Assembly (NCBI GenBank): GCA_964621445.1
Contig: CAZUNO010000004.1
Coordinates: 96,001 to 160,000, forward strand
Source: Candidatus Hadarchaeota archaeon
Lineage (GTDB): Archaea; CAYQAE01; CAYVLA01
DNA: 64,000 nucleotides
Reading direction: 5' to 3'
Each line of letters starts with the position of its first letter. Positions within the stretch are counted from its first letter, which is position 1. Position numbers and translations under genes: made by a program. The notes under the pieces were generated by a model. It saw nothing but the letters and a program-made list of their open reading frames with translations. It was not told the origin of the DNA and did not search any database. Positions 58,337-64,000 of this stretch are shown here, one piece after another.

Positions 58337-59146
58337 ATGATGAAGCTATCGGCGTTTGCTGACGAAATCCACCAGCCTATCGGAAAGGCACTGGATTTCA
58401 TCGAGACGAACATGGCCCCCATGACCCATGTAGAATTAAGGAAGGTGGCACTCGAGGGCGAGGATTATATTAGAATAGAGGATTTCCAGGGAGAGGAACT
58501 GAAACAGCTGAAGGAGATCCTTGATGAACGGCAGTTTGGGGTGGCCTCGGTTTCCTCGGGCTTCGCCAAATACAAACATGATTCATGGGATGATAAAAAG
58601 GAATGGGAAGAGCAAAAGGACATGTTGAATAGGTCCCTGGAAGTGGCCAGGGTCCTCCACGCCCCCTATACCAGAGCCTTCGGGTTCAGGCGAATCGAGG
58701 GATGCGACCTGGATGATTGTCTATCCGAGATCGCCAATCGGCTTGGCTGGGCCGCCGATAAGGCCCAGGACGCCGATGTAACTTTGGCCATGGAAACCGA
58801 GGGCGGGCTCTATGCTGACACCGGTGAGAACGCCAGGCGGATAGCGGAAGCGGTAAATTCTCGATATCTAAAGATCAACTATGACCCCGGTAACAGCTAC
58901 AATGTCGGGGATAGGCCGTGGCCCGATGGTTTCAAGGAGGTAAAGGACTACCTCGGCTTCATGCATGTTAAGAGCATGAGAACTGAAAATGGAAAGAAGA
59001 TAGATTACTACAACATATTCAAGGAAATGAAGGAAATGGGTTTCGACGGCTTCCTATCCAACGAGCACCATACCGGCGGCATGGCTCCAGCTTCCCTGGA
59101 ACTCCATCAGGATATATTACGTATATTCGACCGCATATACAAATAG
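58337..59146 (+). CDS. Sugar phosphate isomerase/epimerase
   Basis: SAFADEI, LAMETE, NYDPGN, MHVKS, FDGFLSNEHH. Likely start ATG 58337, downstream of TTTTAAATA. Confidence 0.85.
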   Translation: MMKLSAFADEIHQPIGKALDFIETNMAPMTHVELRKVALEGEDYIRIEDFQGEELKQLKEILDERQFGVASVSSGFAKYKHDSWDDKKEWEEQKDMLNRSLEVARVLHAPYTRAFGFRRIEGCDLDDCLSEIANRLGWAADKAQDADVTLAMETEGGLYADTGENARRIAEAVNSRYLKINYDPGNSYNVGDRPWPDGFKEVKDYLGFMHVKSMRTENGKKIDYYNIFKEMKEMGFDGFLSNEHHTGGMAPASLELHQDILRIFDRIYK

Positions 59147-59148
59147 AT

Positions 59149-59985
59149 CTAGAATATAATGGAGTTAAGGTAACGCGCACCGTCTCGGAAACCGTCCTCA
59201 CGCCCGAAGAAACCGTCTTCGTGTTCAATGCTTAGGACGGAGTCGTAGCCATTTTCCTTTAGGGAAGAGATATAGGCGTTCCAATCAATCTCCCCTCTTC
59301 CCGGAATTCGATATCGCCACCAACCCCGTTCGTATACCCCTCGGTAATGCATTTTTCTGTAGTTTATCTCCGTGTCCTTGGCGTGGGTATGGAATATACG
59401 ATCGCTGAGGTGGTCAACCGCCTCTATATAGTCAATCTGTTGGTGAACGAAGTGGCTAGGATCAAAATTCAGCCCCAGGTAATCATTTGGCACCGACTCA
59501 AAAATTAGGTCAAAGTTATCCAGACCCTGAAGAAGCGTCTCAAACCAGTTCTCCATTGCTAGTTTGATATCGTTGTCCCGGGCATAATCGGCAAGTTCCG
59601 AATAGGCTTCCTTGAAATCCGTCCTTATTGTCTCCTTCTTGTTCTTTCCCGGGCTTGATCTACCAGCCAGACAACACAGAACCGGGACCTCCAGTTCCAC
59701 ACAGGCATCAATCGACTTCCTGAAGAAATCTTGGCTTTCCTCTTCTAACAGGATATCAGTTGTGTAATAGGCCAGGCTGGAGATAACCACCTCGTTATCA
59801 TCAATTACAGCCTGTACCTTTTTCCTGCCCCCGGAGATAACGTCATCGATATCAATTTGCTTCTTTTCAGGTCCGACAATTACTTCAAGTCCTCCAATAT
59901 TTGCATTTGAGGCGAACTCCGCTATCGACCTGAGGGACTCGTTTCTAAAGGGTGCCGTGAGCATTCCGACGTACAAGTGGGTCAC
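59149..59985 (-). CDS. Sugar phosphate isomerase/epimerase (IolE-like)
   Basis: AMENW, GLNFDPSH, HTHAKD, YRIPGRGEIDW, SIEHED. Confidence 0.9.
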   Translation of the reverse strand: MTHLYVGMLTAPFRNESLRSIAEFASNANIGGLEVIVGPEKKQIDIDDVISGGRKKVQAVIDDNEVVISSLAYYTTDILLEEESQDFFRKSIDACVELEVPVLCCLAGRSSPGKNKKETIRTDFKEAYSELADYARDNDIKLAMENWFETLLQGLDNFDLIFESVPNDYLGLNFDPSHFVHQQIDYIEAVDHLSDRIFHTHAKDTEINYRKMHYRGVYERGWWRYRIPGRGEIDWNAYISSLKENGYDSVLSIEHEDGFFGREDGFRDGARYLNSIIF

Positions 59986-60057
59986 TTCGTTGAGTGAATT
60001 TCTCGCACAGGTTTAAGTGTTTCGCGAGTATCTTCCGTTCAATTTCGGCAAGAAATA

Positions 60058-61431
60058 TCATTCCAAGCCGATAACCATAATACGCTCATGGTGCCCGGAG
60101 GCCAAGGAAAACCTCCCTTCAGGTCCCCCCTTGGTACCCACCGATACCACGACCTCCTGATTCCCATTGCCATCCAGGTCTCCAATTGCCAGGGGCACAC
60201 ACATTGTCTCTCCCCTCCACCTATGCCAATAAACAGGTTCTCCGTCCTCCTTCATCATATGTAGAGAACACTCGAGAGCGCCTTCCGGGTTGAACAATCC
60301 CCTTCCATGGGACCCACAGATGATTTCCTGTCTACCATCCCCGTCCCAATCCAGGTGATGGGCTCCAGATAAATCGGGAATCGCATGGGCCGCCCAGCGT
60401 AGATTGAATTGGTGATCGAAATAGAGTAATTTCGAGTCCCGGGACCTGATATTTTCGGCCAATAATGAGGTTCCCTTGGAGCTCGGGAACACCCTCAATT
60501 CCTGCAAGTGACTTGCAAATCGTTCGGGAATGTCCAGACGACGGAGTATTTCACCCTTGCTGGAGGAAACTGCAATTCCCTCGGTGCCATCAAGGTATAT
60601 TATCTCCCTGCCTTGATGACCTGATAACCAGTCATAAGCCAGGAGAGAATCGGGATGGTTACCCTTCCCCCGACATGGAAGACTGAACAGATGGGTTCCA
60701 TCGTGGCGAAACCAGTGTATCCTTTCGTGCCCCGAACAACATATCTCACATATGCCGTCCCCATCAATATCGAACATCCAGGTGTTATGGCCATTCCCGT
60801 TTTCACTATCATACTCCTTAGCTACCATTATTTCCTCTCCACCCGGGCCGAGGACCATCAAGGATGGGTGGTTCACCATGTTGATTCGAGGACGTGCGTG
60901 GTTACGAGTCCATCTGAAATCATTTCCAACGGTGAGGGCTAGGTTCAACCCAGCCCCTGGCGTGGCTTTCTTGATATCAAGTCTCGGATTGTTAATGTGA
61001 TAATCCAAACGTACGTGCCACTTAATCGACCCGTCTATGCCGTTTATGCAAATAACATCCCCGTTATATGAGGCTAATAGAACTTCTGGGATACCGTCCT
61101 CGTCGATGTCCCCAAAGCCTAGCTGACTGATTTGATAGGATTTCTCGGGAGGTCCGGTGATATCAGGGCTTAACCATATAGTTGAGCCATCAAGGATGCT
61201 GATGGCACGTGCGCGATTAGAATTTAGGGTCCGGGTTACCAGAGCCCATTCTCCCTCGATGCTGACCAGGAAGCCCTGCCTTATGAACTCCGTCTCCCCG
61301 TGGATTTCCGTGAGGTCAAAATGTTTCTTCAAATATCCCCCAGTTTTCCCCTCCGCATAGATGTCGACGATGGATTCTTCATCCCAGTTCACGATATTCA
61401 TGGGCAGATACCCTCCTAAAGCTCCCTCCAC
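60058..61431 (-). CDS. FG-GAP/PQQ-repeat beta-propeller protein
   Basis: Repeated DxDxDG loops (GDIDEDGIPE, DIDGDGICE, DWDGDGRQE, GDLDGNGNQE). Confidence 0.75.
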   Translation of the reverse strand: MEGALGGYLPMNIVNWDEESIVDIYAEGKTGGYLKKHFDLTEIHGETEFIRQGFLVSIEGEWALVTRTLNSNRARAISILDGSTIWLSPDITGPPEKSYQISQLGFGDIDEDGIPEVLLASYNGDVICINGIDGSIKWHVRLDYHINNPRLDIKKATPGAGLNLALTVGNDFRWTRNHARPRINMVNHPSLMVLGPGGEEIMVAKEYDSENGNGHNTWMFDIDGDGICEICCSGHERIHWFRHDGTHLFSLPCRGKGNHPDSLLAYDWLSGHQGREIIYLDGTEGIAVSSSKGEILRRLDIPERFASHLQELRVFPSSKGTSLLAENIRSRDSKLLYFDHQFNLRWAAHAIPDLSGAHHLDWDGDGRQEIICGSHGRGLFNPEGALECSLHMMKEDGEPVYWHRWRGETMCVPLAIGDLDGNGNQEVVVSVGTKGGPEGRFSLASGHHERIMVIGLE

Positions 61432-62174
61432 CCCGATAGGTCCCTTCCCACCATCTCCTCCAATCGAGTGATATCGTTCTCGAACACGAGCTCCAGTTCT
61501 TGAATTAGATCGGGGGACATATCCTTCCTGGGATCTGCCCTTGGGTCATCGGGGTTAATCTCGGTTCCCAGGAGATTGGTTTGAAAATCAGCGTCCACAT
61601 CAATGAATTCGAAAAAACTTCTCAGGAATTTTCCCGGTTCCTGGGAGAGGTCCTGGTAGAACATGACCTTGACGCTTGACCTGGGAAATAAATCGAATAC
61701 GTTTTGGAGATGTCGACCGTAGAAACGAGGATCCATGTATAAACGAAACCAGGCATGGCCGTGGTGGTGGAGGCATTTCTCCAGGGGGATTCCCGGGCCT
61801 CGACGTCCGTCAAAACCGTACGGCTTATCCTTGAGGTGTACATGGGCCCAGGCGAGATAGAGAGCTTCTATGGGGTGCCTTAAGGTCATGGTTAATTTGA
61901 TCTTTGGGAGGAACCGGGAGATTCTCTCAAGTGCTGGACGATATACAAGGTAGGAATTGCTGAATTCCCCAATAGCTAGCTCGTCCTGTATTTCTGAGAA
62001 ATAGGTATCCTGGTACCATTCCAACCCCCGATGTGGATGTACCGTGAAGTAATTCACATTATCGTGGCTAGGGGGAACGTATATCTCTGGATGGCCCTTA
62101 CACACATTCCAAAGCCAGCTTGAAGCCGCTTTACTGGCTCCGATATGGATAAAATTAGGGAGCAAATAACCCAC
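61416..62174 (-). CDS. PAPS-dependent sulfotransferase family protein
   Basis: PNFIHIGASKAASSWL (5'-PSB loop), GEFSNSY, LRHP. Confidence 0.85.
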   Translation of the reverse strand: MGYLLPNFIHIGASKAASSWLWNVCKGHPEIYVPPSHDNVNYFTVHPHRGLEWYQDTYFSEIQDELAIGEFSNSYLVYRPALERISRFLPKIKLTMTLRHPIEALYLAWAHVHLKDKPYGFDGRRGPGIPLEKCLHHHGHAWFRLYMDPRFYGRHLQNVFDLFPRSSVKVMFYQDLSQEPGKFLRSFFEFIDVDADFQTNLLGTEINPDDPRADPRKDMSPDLIQELELVFENDITRLEEMVGRDLSGWREL

Positions 62175-62198
62175 ATCCTCTATTGAAAAAAGGGTGAC

Positions 62199-63371
62199 TT
62201 AAGTTTCTGTTTGAGATCTACCCCTCATGCTCAGGGATATGGCATCAACCGGGCATAACTCGGCACAGAGCCCGCATCCCTGACAGCTCTTCTTGATATG
62301 GAAAATCCCATCGGCCTCCGAAACCGAGTCATATATACAAACCCGTTTGCAGATGCCGCATCCGGTGCATATCTCGGGGTCGATGGCCGCGATTACCTTC
62401 CTTCTTCTATCCACTTCCGTCGTTGATAGTAGATTCCCGCATGCGTTGCCCCGGAACTCGCCTATTCTGGAGTAACCTTTCCTGGACATGTATCCCCTGA
62501 GCTGGTCGAGCATGGTGCATATCGCTTCATAGCCGTTTACAACTATGGCAGAGCATGATTGTGTTACCTGAGCCCCCGCCAATAGGCCCTTGACCATATC
62601 CATCCCGGACCAAATCCCCCCGCTGGCGGCGATGGGAATTTTGAGCTTGGGGCTGGCGGCTATTAACCATCTCAATGTGTAGTGAATTGACCACGGTCCA
62701 CCATGCCCAGCAAATGACCCATGCATAATTGGTGCCTCCCTATCCATATCGATTTCGAGGCCCGTGAATCTATTGAACATGACCAGGGCATCCGCTCCCG
62801 TTTCGCATAATTTCAAGGCCAGGCTAATGGGATTAGCGGTTTGAGGAGTCATTTTGGGTATGATCGGGATTGACAGCTCCTCCTTGACCATTTTTGTTGC
62901 ATTGCACATGGGAGCTGAGACATCTCCCTCGGATAGTATTGCCCTAGCATGGGGACATGAGACATTGAGCTCCAGTCCGTCAGCTCCGGCCTCTTCCATC
63001 ATTCTCGCATACCTTTTCCAGCCCTCATCGGTATTGCATCCTATACTAGCTATGATGGGAATATCGAGTTTCTTTTTTGCCCTGACTATCTCCTTTGCAT
63101 ACCTTTTTTCATCGAAAGGGCTCGCCTGTTCATACGAATACAGGACCAGGGAGTCCTTTCCCGGGGGACCCGTATCAAGAATCTTGAATCTTGGAGTTGG
63201 GGATTTTCTGGTGATCACGTCCTCGAAAAGGGTCTTAACGACGACCGCCCCGCAGCCGGCCTCTTCCGCCTTCTTCATCCTTTTGACGGTGCCCGTTACT
63301 CCAGCCGGAGAAATGAGCAAGGGATTTCGAAGTTCAATTCCAGCATAACTGGTATGCAGGTCCAATGTCAT
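62199..63371 (-). CDS. Dihydroorotate/dihydropyrimidine dehydrogenase-like flavoprotein with C-terminal 2x[4Fe-4S] (PreA-like)
   Basis: LRNP, VVKT, ELNVSCPH, PKMTP, ASGGI, CTGCGICKRVC and CQGCGLCAELCP. Confidence 0.88.
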   Translation of the reverse strand: MTLDLHTSYAGIELRNPLLISPAGVTGTVKRMKKAEEAGCGAVVVKTLFEDVITRKSPTPRFKILDTGPPGKDSLVLYSYEQASPFDEKRYAKEIVRAKKKLDIPIIASIGCNTDEGWKRYARMMEEAGADGLELNVSCPHARAILSEGDVSAPMCNATKMVKEELSIPIIPKMTPQTANPISLALKLCETGADALVMFNRFTGLEIDMDREAPIMHGSFAGHGGPWSIHYTLRWLIAASPKLKIPIAASGGIWSGMDMVKGLLAGAQVTQSCSAIVVNGYEAICTMLDQLRGYMSRKGYSRIGEFRGNACGNLLSTTEVDRRRKVIAAIDPEICTGCGICKRVCIYDSVSEADGIFHIKKSCQGCGLCAELCPVDAISLSMRGRSQTET

Positions 63372-63507
63372 CTCTCATCATCCATCTCTTCTCAGAGATT
63401 TGCGCCTATGAATATTTCTTTGTTATTCCAATTACAGGAAGGGATGGATATTGGGTTGAGGATGAAAACCGGCATCATTTAAGAGCACAGTGGGTGCCAA
63501 TCCTGTG

Positions 63508-64000
63508 ATGGGAGAAGGGGAAATATCAGCAAAGGGTGCCGGGCTAATCATCACATCGGGGATACTTTGGGGAACGGTGGCCATTGTGGTGAAGGTCTTG
63601 GTCAAGACGGTTGATCCGAGCCTAATCGCCTTTTCCAGGCTCCTGATGGGGGGCGTGATGATCTCTACCATAGTCGTGGTCAGAGGCATGCCCGTCCGAG
63701 AGACCTTTAATCTGAGGTTAGTGGCAATAGGTGGCTTTGGGATGGCTTTTAATTATCTGCTGTATACCATTGGCCTCCAGTACACTTTGGCCTCGGCGGC
63801 ATCAATGGTCGTACAGTCAGAGGTCATTTTCCTCGTGGTGCTCTCCGTACTGCTGCTAAACGAGAGATTTGGAGCGCGGCGGATTCTTGGAATGATCCTC
63901 GCTTTGTCAGGGGTGGTCATAATTTCCTGGAATGGGCGTGATATCGTTGGTCTTCTGGGCTCGGATTATCTTATGGGAAACGTGATAGTGTTTTTTGCTG
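63508..64000 (+). CDS. EamA/DMT family transporter, truncated by the window edge
   Basis: Hand translation: MGEGEISAKGAGLIITSGILWG...FSRLL...YTIGLQYTLASAASMV...LLNERFG...LSGVVII. Confidence 0.88.
   Translation, partial: MGEGEISAKGAGLIITSGILWGTVAIVVKVLVKTVDPSLIAFSRLLMGGVMISTIVVVRGMPVRETFNLRLVAIGGFGMAFNYLLYTIGLQYTLASAASMVVQSEVIFLVVLSVLLLNERFGARRILGMILALSGVVIISWNGRDIVGLLGSDYLMGNVIVFFA

Noticed and set aside
1-64000. CRISPR arrays, tRNA/rRNA genes, IS elements and the many antisense ORFs in the track
   Set aside because: No repeat-spacer periodicity, cloverleaf, rRNA-like segment or transposase motif was found by eye. The antisense ORFs lie opposite well-supported genes.

Overview
Chromosomal window from a prokaryote that is probably an archaeon. 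That assignment is an inference from TATA/BRE-like promoters, GGAGG(TGA) ribosome-binding sites, a DUF1122 gene and short leaders. The main element is a capsid-less contractile-tail locus (CIS/tailocin-like) at about 7.3-18.8 kb. Its minus-strand operon encodes sheath, tube, a tail-assembly-chaperone pair with an A9 -1 frameshift site, a tape-measure candidate, tube initiator, hub, spike, gp25, baseplate J, a gpI-like wedge, a short fibre-like protein and a Pvc16-like cap. The PAAR tip gene sits apart, in a convergent operon between a membrane-anchored Ig/invasin/zinc-ribbon protein and a 2H phosphoesterase. No capsid, terminase, integrase, lysis or AAA+ ATPase gene is visible in the window. 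The rest is metabolic and transport genes: many carbohydrate-active or sugar-catabolic enzymes, two P-type ATPases, ABC, RND, MFS and EamA transporters, cysK-cysE, and large surface proteins. Reading the sequence by hand added items the ORF track misses or fragments: an edge-truncated exported GH-like gene, its decayed pseudogene paralog, a 38-aa basic peptide gene, an in-frame TGA inside an ABC permease, and a possibly structured leader RNA. No rRNA, tRNA, CRISPR array or IS element was seen. All family calls come from motif recognition by eye; no searches were run.
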